64,000 nucleotides of DNA from Octopus vulgaris (Eukaryota): the NCBI GenBank assembly GCA_951406725.2, contig OX597821.1, forward strand, positions 19,282,001 through 19,346,000, in the 5' to 3' direction. Below the pieces are notes generated by a model. That model was not told where the DNA came from and did no database searches. It worked only from the letters and a program-made list of their open reading frames with translations. Positions 13,131-25,526 of the stretch are shown piece after piece. The translations under genes were made by a program, and so were the position numbers. The first letter of the stretch is position 1. Each line of letters opens with the position of its first letter.

Positions 13131-14523
13131 CGTCCAGATTTTATAGATAAAAGACTCTTTGTTTTTCGAGCGCAGGGTGGACATCCGCCAGTCGCGCTAA
13201 ACTGACCAGATATGGAGAGACAGGAAATTATGGTTCACCTTTTCTAGAACCTCCCCGGTCTCCAGGTGAGCAGTGCCCTCTCCAAATGGAGCTGCTCAGA
13301 CACCTATGCAGCAACCGAATCCTACCGCTGTCTTGGGAGACATATCTAGCATGGGCCGCCTACGTGCAGGTCGCTGACTACATGCTTCCAACCCGTCAGG
13401 TCTGCATGCTTCACCACATTCCCATCGCCGCAGGACTTCCGAATAAAAGAAATAAAAATATATACTAAGAATGAAGAAAATATATACTAAAAATACGATA
13501 AATATATATAGAATTAAAAAAATGCACATATCGAGCAGATGTCGGCAATGCCTGTGCAGAGTTTTAGGTTCAATAAGGCTTGCACAACACCTCATAGACC
13601 CTCTCCACTTTATTGTCATTATCCAGAGACAAACCGGAGCAAGATGTGTGGTGCCAATATGAGTCGCAGGCTCAGGGATGAGGGAGCGCCGTGATCTATA
13701 GCACAAACCAAAGATCCCCCAAATGTCCAATGCCATTCCCTGCATATCTGGTTTTATATCAGAGTGACCTTCTCCTAGAGACATGCTTTAACAAAAGCTG
13801 AGGGGCGCCTCACTCCCAGTGGTCTTTCAGCACGCCGGACACCACCCCGGAATTTCTGCGTACCCGTACTAACATTTATTGGATGGCCGTTGACTCTCAA
13901 GAGGTCCTCCGCCCTTTGACGGGCTTTGTTTTTCATCCCGCAGCGTGTCCAATAAACACCCTCCTCACCAAGCAAGCTTGGTGGGGTTGCCGGTTTAGTC
14001 GCCGACGACCCGACCATGCAACAGGTTGTACTGGATTACATGTTACCAGTAGCACTCGAAAGTGACCTGACACAACATACATACATACATACTTATACAT
14101 ACATACGTCAATTTAGCGACGTATATATTTCTGCTTCAGGTTGTAAAATTGCAAATTAACCAGCCATATTATTTATAATCATTACTTTTACCATTTATGT
14201 AATCAGCGTAGAGTTTCAACGGAAATCTCAAAAACCAGCAAGTGCGGTAGGAGCCCTCGAAGAGCATTAAGATGCGTCAAGCATCAAAATACAAAATTTC
14301 CGATGATCTTGTTGTATTTGCCACCGTAAGGAGCTTGTTTGCTTTGTCAGTCATTAAAATAGTGTTTCTGTGGCTATTGAGTTTTGATACTTATATATAT
14401 CACCATGATATCACCGTGACCGACCAGGCTATCAGATGCTGCTAAACATCGCTGGTCACAATGCACTTCGCATTGTTTTAGCCTTCAAATGACGCTACCC
14501 CGCTGGCTAAGCGGGCAACCCAA

Positions 14524-14562
<39 letters not shown>

Positions 14563-14582
14563 ATTTATATATGCATATAGCG

Positions 14583-14930
14583 AAGGCGCATGGCTCAGTG
14601 GTTAGAGCGTCGAGCTTACGATCGTGAGGTTGTGAGCTCGAATCCCGGACCGGGCTGCGTGTTGTGTTCTTGAGCAAGGCACTTTATTTCACGTTGCTCC
14701 AGTTCACTCAGCTGTAGAAATGAGTTGCGACGTCACTGGTGCCAAGCTGTATCGACCTTTGTCTTTCCCTTGGATAACACTGGTGGCGTGGAGAGGGGAG
14801 GCTGGTATGCATGGGCGACTGCTGGTCTTCCATAAACAACCTTGCCCGGACTTGTGTCTAGGAGGGTAACTTTCTAGGTGCAAACCCATGGTCATTCATG
14901 ACCGAAGGGGGTCATTACCCTTTACCCTTT
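14583..14930 (+). mobile_element. tRNA-headed SINE with a CORE-like block and (TTACCC)n tail
   Basis: Head GGCGCATGGCTCAGTGGTTAGAGCG...TCGAATCCC. TGTGTTCTTGAGCAAGGCACTT...CAGCTGTAGAAATG resembles the CORE-SINE domain. Confidence 0.8.
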
Positions 14931-14936
14931 ATATGC

Positions 14937-15054
<118 letters not shown>

Positions 15055-15079
15055 TACAATACATATACATATATACATA

Positions 15080-15125
<46 letters not shown>

Positions 15126-15304
15126 CATACATACATATATACATATATATATAAAATATATATCATATATATTATATATATATATACAAATATATGTATG
15201 TATGTATATATATATCCGTAAGCATAAACATAGCAAGTATATCTCGTAATGAAATGGAGAGATATTCGCACATATTTCAAACGTTCTGACAACAAGAAAC
15301 ATTT

Positions 15305-15696
15305 ATCTGGCAGAAACGTTATCACGCCGGTCGAAATGCTTAGCGGTATTTCGTCTGCCGTCATGTTCTGAGTTCAAATTCCCTCGAGGTCGACTTTGCC
15401 TCTCATCCTTCCGGGGTCGATTAAATAAGTACCAGTTACGCACTGGAGTCGATGTAATCGACTTAATCCGTTTGTCTGTCCTTGTTTGTCCTCTCTATGT
15501 ATATATTGTGGGTAGTAAAGAAATAGGTATTCCGTTTGTCTTTACGTTCTGGCTTCAAATTCCACCGAGGTCGACTTTGTCTTTCATCCTTTCGGTGTTG
15601 ATAAATTAAGTACTAGTTGCGTACTGGAGTCGATCTAATCGATTGGTCCCCTCTTCCAAAATTTGGGGCTTTGTACCTAGAATAGAAAAGATATTA
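15305..15696 (+). mobile_element. SINE family 2, dimer-like composite with two different 3' tails
   Basis: Body GGTATTTCGTCTG...GAGTTCAAATTCC...GTCGACTTTG occurs twice. First unit ends ...TTTGTCTGTCCTTGTTTGTCC...AAAGAAATA (15525); second ends ...GTACCTAGAATAGAAAAGA. Confidence 0.85.
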
Positions 15697-16391
15697 AAAC
15701 AAATGAAATGGGCAAGAAAATTTTATAATCGTTCTTTTACTCTGTACGGGACTAGGAACACAAAGATTAGCAAAATATTTAGGAATTATAATAATCTTTG
15801 GAAATATGTGGTTTTAGAATACTTTTGAAAATACCGTTAGAAGATACAGAAGGCTGACTGAGAATTAAAAGCAGAAAAACTGAGAACATTTTATGAAAAA
15901 TCATCAGAGACAATAGAATTTAGTGAAGGTGAAATGAATGGGAAGAAACAATATACAAACAAAGAATGTGGAATAGAATACATCTGAAGAGGGACTTCAA
16001 GGGAGATCAAGATGGCGAACCGTGGTATTTCATTGCAGAGAACAGACGTCCCAGTGGGAGAAGTCCGAAACGTGGTCCTTTGCTATTCGTAAGACCCGCA
16101 GAAGAGAAAGCAGGTCAACCCCCGACACAGAGCATCGACAGATGGAAGAATGCGCATCCAGGCTCAGCGGTTGCGTAGGAAGTCGGGGGTTGATGCTGGT
16201 CGTGGTGATTATGGTGGTGCTCATGGGAATGGTGTTGATGGTGATGGTAGTGGGGTTTGGTGTTGGTGGGAATAATGTAATCCAAGTGAAAAGTAGTAAC
16301 AAAGTATGAATATAATTGATAAACAAAACAACTTTGGAAGGTATATCTCTAACGTTTCTGACAAAACATATAAATATTTAAACATACATAC

Positions 16392-16436
<45 letters not shown>

Positions 16437-16546
16437 AGATACATATAGACATACACAGGCACATCATACTTGCATATATGATCTTCAAACTCCCAAACCA
16501 CTCATACACATACACACATACTCACACATATGTATGCATTTGTCTA

Positions 16547-16900
<354 letters not shown>

Positions 16901-17004
16901 ATAAACATATACATGTACGCATGTATACATGTATATATTTTTATATACACACATATAAATGTATCTATCTATCTATCTATCTATCTACTTACATACAAAC
17001 ACAT

Positions 17005-17305
17005 AAAAATACCGAAAGTTGGACAGTTACTGAATGATATGAAAAGATAATTTGACCTAATCAACTTGGAAATTCAATTAAAATTTACAATTACATTCGT
17101 AATTTCTTAAATTCGTTTAGAAAAGTGTAATTAGTTCAAAGGAAATTGCTGAAACTTCAAAGGATAGAAGAGTGCTTAAGTGTTTAATGAATCCAGATAG
17201 ATGTTTTCATGCTAATTATATTAGCTCGAAAGTACAATAAGGATCTGCTATGCAGCTATGGGAGTCTTACGAGTCTTATCTATCGAAAGATTATTCCCAT
17301 ACAGA
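17005..17305. repeat. Unclassified ~300-bp AT-rich dispersed repeat; inverted copy at ~30945-31240
   Basis: Shared blocks such as AATTTGACCTAATCAA.TTGGAAATTCAATTAAAATTTACAATT, AAAAGTGTAATTAGTTCAAAGGAAATTGCT and TTTAATGAATCCAGATAGATGTTT. Confidence 0.8.
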
Positions 17306-17372
17306 TAAATATTTTTATATGACATATACACATGCACATATGTATGTGGATACACACACACACACGCACCCC

Positions 17373-17450
<78 letters not shown>

Positions 17451-17452
<2 letters not shown>

Positions 17453-17839
17453 TCTTTACTCTTTACTCTTTTACTTGTTTCAGTCATTTGACTGCGGCCA
17501 TGCTGGAGCACCACCTTTAGTCGAGCAAATCGACCCCGGAACTTATTTTTTTGTAAGCCCAGTACTTATTATATCGGTCTCTTTTGCCGAACCGCTAGGT
17601 GACGGGGACGTAAACACACCAGCATCGGTTGTCAAGCAATGCTAGGGGGTCAAACACAGAGACACAAACACACACACACATATATATATACATATATACG
17701 ACAGGCTTCTTTCAGTTTCCGTCTACCAAATCCACTCACAAGGCATTGGTCGGCCCGGGGCTATAGCAGAAGACACTTGCCCAAGATGCTACGCAGTGGG
17801 ACTGAATCCGGAATCATGTGGTTGGTTAGCAAGCTACTT
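17451..17839 (-). mobile_element. SINE family 1, 3' portion (host of the nested LINE array)
   Basis: Reverse complement matches 7147-7543. Interrupted at TSD GGTTAGCAAGCTACTT (17824-17839). Confidence 0.92.
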
Positions 17840-20079
17840 TATTTCAAAACATTTGCCATAAAGGCAGTACACAGATTAAGTTAGCTTTGCGGGCTGGACG
17901 AGGACATTAATGAGGTGAATGATAATGAAAGAAAGATGATAAGGATGGGAGAAGACAGAAAGCGCCCGCCGACTTTTGCTTCTCTAAAACATTGTTCTTT
18001 TTAAAAAGATAAACACAAAACGAGGTATTAAACCTCTTACAATTTTTCCAATTTTGGGCTTAGCAGTCCATTATTAATACAAAACGAGGTATTAATCCTC
18101 TTACAATTTTTCAATTTTTGGACTTAAGTCCATTACTAATAATACATATCGTCCTCGAAATAGCTTGTGCCCGCGCCCTCCACCATCAACCACGCCTCCC
18201 TCAGAACGTAGTCAAGTTCCGAGTTCGCGTCGCCCGGGACCAAGTTATAATCTTCATTGAGCTCCTTTAGCCCTGGCGTCACGTCGAACGCCACGGCCTC
18301 CACAGCTACCTGCGGAGGCCATTCGGGGTTCTGTGTGAAGGCTAAAGGTGCTCCCTTGTAGTGCTCTTCCATCACTTTTTCAATTTCTCCTCCTCTATAG
18401 AAGAGGACCAATACATTCAGTTCTTTCGTTGGCGGCACAGTTTCCGCCAACGGTATTCCTTCTCTTGTCGGTGGCACAACCCCAACCGACGTAGTTCCGC
18501 GACATTCCGGTGCTACACTGACAGCCGGTAATGTCCCGTTTTTCTTCCTCTTTTTCTTTTTTTTCCCTTTTCAACTGAGGGAGGGTGCGTCTCCTCCGTG
18601 GCTGGAAGATTCGCCTTCCTCTCCTCATCCCTATTATCCTTTGGTGGGTACCCATTGTTGCTCACCTTCCTCTTTCGGCCTCTGTTTGAGGAGTCCTCTG
18701 CTTTCTCGGCCGTTATCGTTCCCTCCTCTAGAGGGGTTTTACTTAACTGTTCCGGGATCCTATTTTGTTCCCGAGGACAGTTCTTCTTTATGTGGCCGGA
18801 CTCCAAGCACCGATGACACTTAGGGGGGCGACCCTCAAGCATCACCGGGTACCTGCACCCGGCCATTTTAAAAAATCTGGAAAAACCAGATTGGCTGATT
18901 GGGTCCACAGGGTCAAAATTGCTTTCGACCCAACCGAAGCAGCCGCAGGAAGAACTTTTACATTGAGGAGCTTAGTTTCGCTGTCAAACAGGCGCCGGCG
19001 GATAGTCTCCTCTATCCACTCGGGTTCTATGTCGGGTGGCAGTCCGCAGATCCAAGCTTTCATCAATTTCTTTTTTTTGTACGTGGACAGGAATAAGATT
19101 TCCTTGCCCTCCAAGGGTTCGCTAGCAAATTTGCAAGCCTCTTCAGGGGTGTCAAATAGCAACCACACCGTTGCATATTTGACACCCCTGGAAATGAATT
19201 TAATTGTTGGCAAATACTCCTCCAACTCCTCCTCAATTGCCGTCTTTTCGAATAGGGCGATGGTGTCAAGTGCCTTGGAGTAGGTTCTCAACACCACCGT
19301 CCTATCTTCACGGTCTTTTAACCACTTTTTGGGTGGTATGATTTCCCACTCTAAAATTTTGTTATTTTTCATTGCCATGTTTTTTTAAAAATATATTCAA
19401 ATTAAACTCAAAAGCAGGAAGAAAAAAGTTCAAAAGTCTAAATAAATTTGATAGATTTTTGAAAAAACAAAAAGGAGAAAGCACAACAGAAGGGAAGAAA
19501 TTAACGGAAAGTCGCAATAAAGAAAAAAACAAAAGGGGGGGGGGGTGAAATGAAGTTCAAAAGAAAGTTAATAAACAGAAAAAACACAGCAAAAATATTC
19601 TGGCCTTGCGGTACTCCCGGCCTGGGTTGAACCTGGAACGCCGCAACTGCAACACAACCTCCACAAAAATGGGTCCGAAAGGTAATCCAATAGTGGCTTA
19701 TTTTTATACTTTTCTTGCGAAGTACTCTGACAAGGGAATAAATTCAGCAAACTCAAACGCAGCACTGGCTACCGCCAACGGTAATTTTAACAGTAACTGT
19801 ATTGAATTCTGAGTATACGCCCCTCCACAGTTTTTTCTTTTTTTTTTTTCAATGAACACAAAAACGGCATCCGCCTAGCGCAGGCGAAATTGTCTCAGAG
19901 TTGGACACAACCTACTGAAATAATAATTGGCACGCAATAAATTATGCCCAACTCACAATAAACAAAATCACTTACCTCGACAACTTTCCGTTTTTGGTCT
20001 TTTTTCTTTAGTTGGACAGAGCTTGTTACTCACGTCCACTCTAGCTCAAAAGGAAGCAACCGACTAACTGCGCATGTGC
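17840..20079 (-). mobile_element. ORF1-only non-autonomous retroelement (HAL1-like), 2.24 kb
   Basis: Bounded by identical 16-bp TSDs. Encodes only a frameshifted ORF1 with a CX2CX4HX4C knuckle and no APE or RT. 3' end resembles that of the adjacent LINE. Confidence 0.85.
18136..19378 (-). pseudogene. Gag-like ORF1 with zinc knuckle, frameshifted
   Basis: ORFs 18842..19378, 18513..18908 (EGRPPKCHRCLESGHIKKNCP), 18395..18655 and 18136..18477. Aligns ungapped to the LINE ORF1 at 30/99 identical residues (manual count). Confidence 0.85.
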
Positions 20080-20323
20080 GGTTAGCAAGCTACTTTATTT
20101 CATATAATTTGCCATTTAGGCATTTACAAAGAGGGGACAAACAAGGACAGACAAATATAAAGGGTGAAGTAGCTTAACACAGTTACAATTTTCGAATGAA
20201 ATTACGGATAAGATTATAAACAATGAATTTTACGAAGGCAATGTTTAAAAATATTAATGATCATGTCGAAGGACGGACACCCAGCCATCCGGGTAGAACC
20301 TTTACTTTCTGATCCGGTCACAC

Positions 20324-23300
20324 TTACCTGGTGCCAAACATACCCATCTTGTATGCCACAGGCTTCCATCTTTTCACAAACATATCTCGTGACAGACACC
20401 TCTTCTCCAGCCTGATTTTGCTACTGAGGTGGTAACTAAAAAAGTTAATCAACCCCTGGCCGGAGACAAAGGTGCCTCTCACTATACCTTTCGTACGCGT
20501 CTTCCATACTGTTTCTTTCAGTATGGCTACTACACAGAAAAAACAAGCCTTTCTTTCCCTGTTAAGGAAAGGGGGCGGCACAATCTCGATGATAGACTCA
20601 GCTGATAGCTGTACTCTTCCCATCACTGACAACAGTTGTTCAACAAAAGCTATCAGTCCCGATAACTCCGGACACTCCACGAATGCGTGCAAGACGGTCT
20701 CCCTATCCTGCTCACATCGCGGGTATGTCGGCGAGACGGCACTACCGTGCCTTGACAGCTTGTCGCGAACAGGTAAAGCCGCACGGAAACACTGCCAGGT
20801 TAGGGATTTCTGGTAATTATCCAGATACCCCGGCCCAAACGTCCTCCGGAACAGGTTGATCAACTGATTTTCATCGTAGCCCAGGGTCTCCCCCAAGGCG
20901 TCTTCGGACTTAATCTCCACTAACCCGCTATAGAAATCCGTGGTGGAACTCCTGTTGCCGGCGTTGCCCACCCGAGATAGTAGCTGGAGCACCTGACGGC
21001 ACTCCAAATGCCATTCACTCAGTTTAGGTCTCCGCTTGATCCATGCACCGATGTCCGTTAGGGATGTTAACTGGGGAAGGTAGAACCGGACGTGCGGCGA
21101 CCACACCTGCTCTCCATCCAGGTATAGCCAGAGGTGCCTCAACCTTAACGCGAGTTTTCGCATCCTCAGCCAAGGCATCCCTAGCCCACCCTTTAGCGGT
21201 TTCTGGCAGCAGACAGAGCGCTTTACAAGTGGCTTTCCTCCTTTCCACAAAAATCGGAAAAGGATTCTCTCCAACTTGTTCAGCCACAAATCGGGGCAAG
21301 GCACCACGGTCAGACGGTAGGTGATTACTGATGCTATAAACATCTGCACCACCTCCGCCTTCCCTAGCAGGGATAACGCCCGCCCAGACCAGGTCTGGGT
21401 TAGAGCGGTCACCTTGTCGGCCACCTCACTCCAATTTTTCTCAATCTGGAGGTCTGGCCCGAACCAGACTCCGAGCAGCTTAACAGGACCTTCCGTCCAA
21501 CGCCCTACGACGTTATTGGACGGCATCGGCTTGCCCCTCCAGGTGCCGAGTTGCAAACCGACCGACTTGTCCTTGTTAATCTTTGCTCCTGCCACCGCCT
21601 CGTAGCTTTTGATGGCCTCTTCCACCACCGGAAGCTGGCCTTCGTCTGCCACGATGATGGAGGTGTCATCCGCATACGCCGTAGCTCCTCTTCCACACCA
21701 TAGATCATGCGGCGCGCCCCCTAGTGCCTCCAACTTCCGCAGCAAAGGCTCAAGAGCCAATACGTATAGGAGCGAGGACAGGGGCGACACCCTTGACGAA
21801 CTGAACGCCCGATCCTGAACGGCTTCGAAAAGGAACCGTTCACCTTGACTACAGACTCGATGTCGCTATACAAAGCAGCGATCCAACCTCGAAAGGTCGG
21901 GCCTAGGCCAGCCTCTCCGAGGACCGCCGCCAGGTACCGATGGTCGACCCTATCAAATGCTTTGGACTGGTCTAAATGTACCAGTGCTCCCCCTGCGCCA
22001 GAAAGCTTCCCCACCCTCTCTAAGGAGTAGCGTATAAGGTGGAGATTGTCGTGGATCGTTCTGCCGGGGATAGCGCACGTTTGCGCTTCCCCGACAAGTT
22101 TGTCCACGACCCGCGCCAACTTTTTTGCTAGCACCTTGGCCAGAATCTTTAACTCTGTGTTTAACAGAGTTATGGGCCTGAAGTTCCCTATCTCGTCCCC
22201 CTTGTTCGGGTCCTTCCTGATCAACGTCACCGCCCCCCGGCTCGCAGACTTGGGAATTCTCCCATTCTGCTGCCAGTTGGCGTAGACGCTAGCCAGCAGG
22301 TGCCCGAACAAGTCTGGCATACTTCTATAAAATTCATAGGGCAGACCATCGAGACCCGGCGACTTCTCCCCGGGGCACTTGCCCAACACCTCGATTACTT
22401 CCTCGGCTGTGAATGGCCCTTCACAGCACTCAGCCTCTCGTGTCGAGAGGCGCGGGCCACCAGACAGGAAGTCCCTAAGGGCCTCACCATGATCCAGCGT
22501 CCCGCACCTCCCGAACAACTCGGCGAAGTGCTTGTGGAGTGCCTCACACATCTCGTCCCGCTTCTTGATCGTGCATCCGTTTTCATCAACAAGAGACCCA
22601 ATTGTGGTATCGTTTCCACGCTGTGTTTCTATCGTACGGGCCCATCCGGCAACATTAATTCCCTCACGGCCCAATGCTCGTACTTTAACCCGGACTCTAC
22701 ATCCCTCATGTTTGGTTTTGAGGTGACGGTCTAATGCCGTTCTCGCCGCTAAAATGTGAGATGCAGAGCCCAACCTCAACGCCTCCTCTAAGTTCTTAAC
22801 TAGTTGCCCTTCTATTCTAGCCCTATCTAGTCTTAGTTGTTTACTAAATCTAATTGACTCGAATTGAATGGCTCTTTTGAGGGTGAACCACCACCGGTTA
22901 TTAACCACGGCTCCGGTTAACGCCCTCTGCACTAACACCTTAATCCGGCTACGGTATGCCTCGCGTGTCAAAATAGACTTGTTCAGCTTCCAGTATCCGG
23001 TTCCTATCTTAAATGTGCTATCTATGCCCAGTCTACACGTGACCATTCTATGGTCAGTATAGGGCACCTGGACGAGCTGTGGACAACTAAAACTAGACTT
23101 ATCTCTAGTTCTTATCACTATCCTGTCTAGATAAGACTTGAACCTTCCGTCGCCACTCATCCAGGTTCACTCTGGGACGTTCGGATGGTCAAGTCTCTAA
23201 CGATCTGCTAGCTGAAACCGCTTAAGCAGATCCACGAGACGTGAGTTTACTTTCCTATAGATCGAGCCAACGCTATCGATGTGTACGTCAACGATAGCAT

Positions 23301-23726
23301 TAAAGTCCCCTAATATCACTAAAGTCTTCGACGTCACGAGAAAGCCCTCTAGGCGCCGATAAAAATCAGTTTGGAAACCTCTAGCACAAGGTGCATAGAG
23401 TCCGATCAACCTGAAGGCCTTACTGCTGTATGTCACATCAAGGACGACCAGCCCACCTTCTGGGTCTACATAGACTGTACTTGTCTGTAGAGCCAAGTCT
23501 TTACGGATCATACCACTACGCCCCCTCGCCCTCCGGTCTGGCCAGGAGACATGATTTTCTCGTAGCCATTCAGGAGAGGCGAGAAGGTTTGTAGGCTGTC
23601 CAGCTTGGTCTCTGTAGCAACCATCACATGTATATCATGTGATCTGAGGTCGTCGAGGAAACAAGCCTGCTTCCACTTCGAACTCAGACCACGCACATTT
23701 AAACAACCAAGGTTAAGCGAAGCCAT
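20324..23726 (-). pseudogene. Tx1-like ORF2 (APE + RT + CCHC)
   Basis: LNVRGL...ETKL, LYAP, GDFN, YLDRI, TDHRMV, GYWKLN, KSPGLDG, FRPITLLN, LDQSKAFDRV, VRQG, AYADD, PRCEQDRETVLHAFVEC. In-frame stops near 23197 and 23168 plus frameshifts. Confidence 0.93.
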
Positions 23727-23742
23727 TACAAAAGTAAAAGTT

Positions 23743-25161
23743 CTACTTACATTTCGTTGGAGAGGTGGGGCCCGACCTCACCACACGTTTGTGGGCCCCT
23801 CCTTTCTCCTCTTTCTTCAGATAGTCCGGCAAGTTCGCGATATGCCGGATGGCGTTTGGGTGTCTGTCTTTTAATTGTTTGAACGTTGTTTCCGCAATCC
23901 ACGTGTGTCTATTTCGATCTTTATATTTGTTGTACAGTCTTGCTGACTGATGCTGAACCACAATATCGTTTATGTATTTGTCTTGTGTGTCGAATTCAAT
24001 TAATATGAGTTCATTTTCTTTTTTGTCTTCTTTTTCTGGGCCAGTTGAGCGGGATTTTTTTTTCCGTGTCTGTGGTGTGTCTTTGTTTTTATTATTTTTT
24101 GTAGGGGATGTGGACAGGGATGCTGCACGAATTCTTTTACGAACTGGTGTAAATCCCCCTCTGATACCTCCATGGTATCGTCTGGGGTAGCAATAGTTTG
24201 TTCGGTAGGCGCCGCAGTTTTTAGGGGGTGGGAGGTTTTAATAGTGTAGGGGTTTGTGAGTGCGAGGGCTGGGTTTTTTCTTCAGTCTGTTTTGGGGTTG
24301 GCACCGTAACAGCAGGAGTGGGATTTTTGTTTTTGTAGGGGTAGGTGTGTTTGCAAGGGTAGGGACTTTTTTATTATCTGAGGGGCCTGGTGTCTGCGGT
24401 TTCTTTTGCTTGTCTGGACAGTCTACACGAATGTGGCCCTTTTTGCCGCAGGCGTAACAGGTGGGTTTTCGGCCTTCGACCTTGAGGGCTACGTTCTCGC
24501 CCACGAGCACCCTCTCAGGAAGGAGCTGCAGATCCTCCGCTGTTCCTTGAATTAATATATTAATGTTACGCCCGAGCCAAAATAGAGGGGTAGAGCATGT
24601 TACTTGTAGTATTTTTATTTTGTCCGCCCTTTTATATAACAGGGCGGCCACTACCTCTACCGGATCTACGTCCGGCGGGGCTTCTACAATTCTGACCCGG
24701 GACGTCCTGCGTCCCCTATAGCTTGGGAAAAGTACCACCTCCTTGGTTTTTAGGGGGTTCACAGAATGCCCGCGGGCCATTTCTTCCCCCGAGAAGCGGA
24801 CATCTACAGTGCCATATGCCCGTCCCCTGGCGACGTACACGATGTCCTTCCAAATCGGGGACAGGCATTTCTCGATGGTGCTTTTTTCAAAGTGTTTGAA
24901 CCTTCTGCTTTGTGGACAGAAAGTTTTAAACATTACGGTCCGCTTCTCGGTCTCCACGGTACTGGCGGAGGGTGATATTTTAACATCACCACCCTCCTCT
25001 TGCATTCTTTTAAATAGCTCGACGAGCTGATTGACATCGATGTCAATGTTCTCGGTAGCCACTGCGGCTACCGCAGAAAATTTTTTAACATTGCTCTCCT
25101 CAAGAGCACTACTTTCGTGAATAATTTCAACAGACATTATTCTGTTGAAATTAGACAACAC
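23743..25161 (-). pseudogene. Tx1-like ORF1 with zinc knuckle
   Basis: ORF 24238..25161 contains EGRKPTCYACGKKGHIRVDCP. A basic, Pro-rich tail continues after a frameshift to 23743. Confidence 0.88.
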
Positions 25162-25526
25162 AAAAATTACGAATATTGGTTTCCCACAAAACTGGGAAAC
25201 CTATAGAAAGTTTTTCTTCCAAAGTAGTTCAAAAAAGCAGTTCAAAAATTCCAATTCCCACCCCCATTCGGGGGAGGGGCACGAAAATAGTCTGGCAGGA
25301 CTATATATAGTCACGTAAATAAAAAGCCACAATGGCTAACAGTTCAACGGTAAGAAATTATCCAATTATTCCCCGGTAAAACCGGAGAACAAGACAGTTC
25401 AGCAACGTTTGAAGACAAATTTTCAGTAGTAGAAATTCAACAATTAACAACACAGCAAAATTCTTACCGGGAAGAAAACGCGTCCAAACCGTAGTACGGT
25501 GAGTAAAGTCACTCTTCAGTCAGTGA

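Larger units (their letters stand above)
10921..14072 (-). mobile_element. Decayed RTE-clade LINE (APE + RT)
   Basis: APE: WNVRTLL...AALSETR...YAPT...GDFNARVG...WHLLDYVI...TDH. RT: FIDLTKAFDTV, GVKQGDILAP, LLYADD, YLGS. C-terminus GHLIRM...RIPKQMLYGEL. Has frameshifts, an internal deletion at ~12255 and a truncated 3' end. Confidence 0.93.
20096..25526 (-). mobile_element. Full-length Tx1/L1-clade non-LTR retrotransposon, 5.4 kb, decayed
   Basis: 5' UTR, ORF1 with CCHC, ORF2 (APE, RT, C-terminal Cys/His motif) and 3' UTR. TSDs at 20080-20095 and 25527-25542. Confidence 0.93.

Noticed and set aside
13296-14017. ORFs and a possible HDV-like ribozyme in the RTE upstream region
   Set aside because: No recognisable protein motifs, and I could not fit the nested double pseudoknot by eye.
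18765-25030. Plus-strand ORFs over the stacked elements
   Set aside because: Antisense shadows of minus-strand ORF1 and ORF2.
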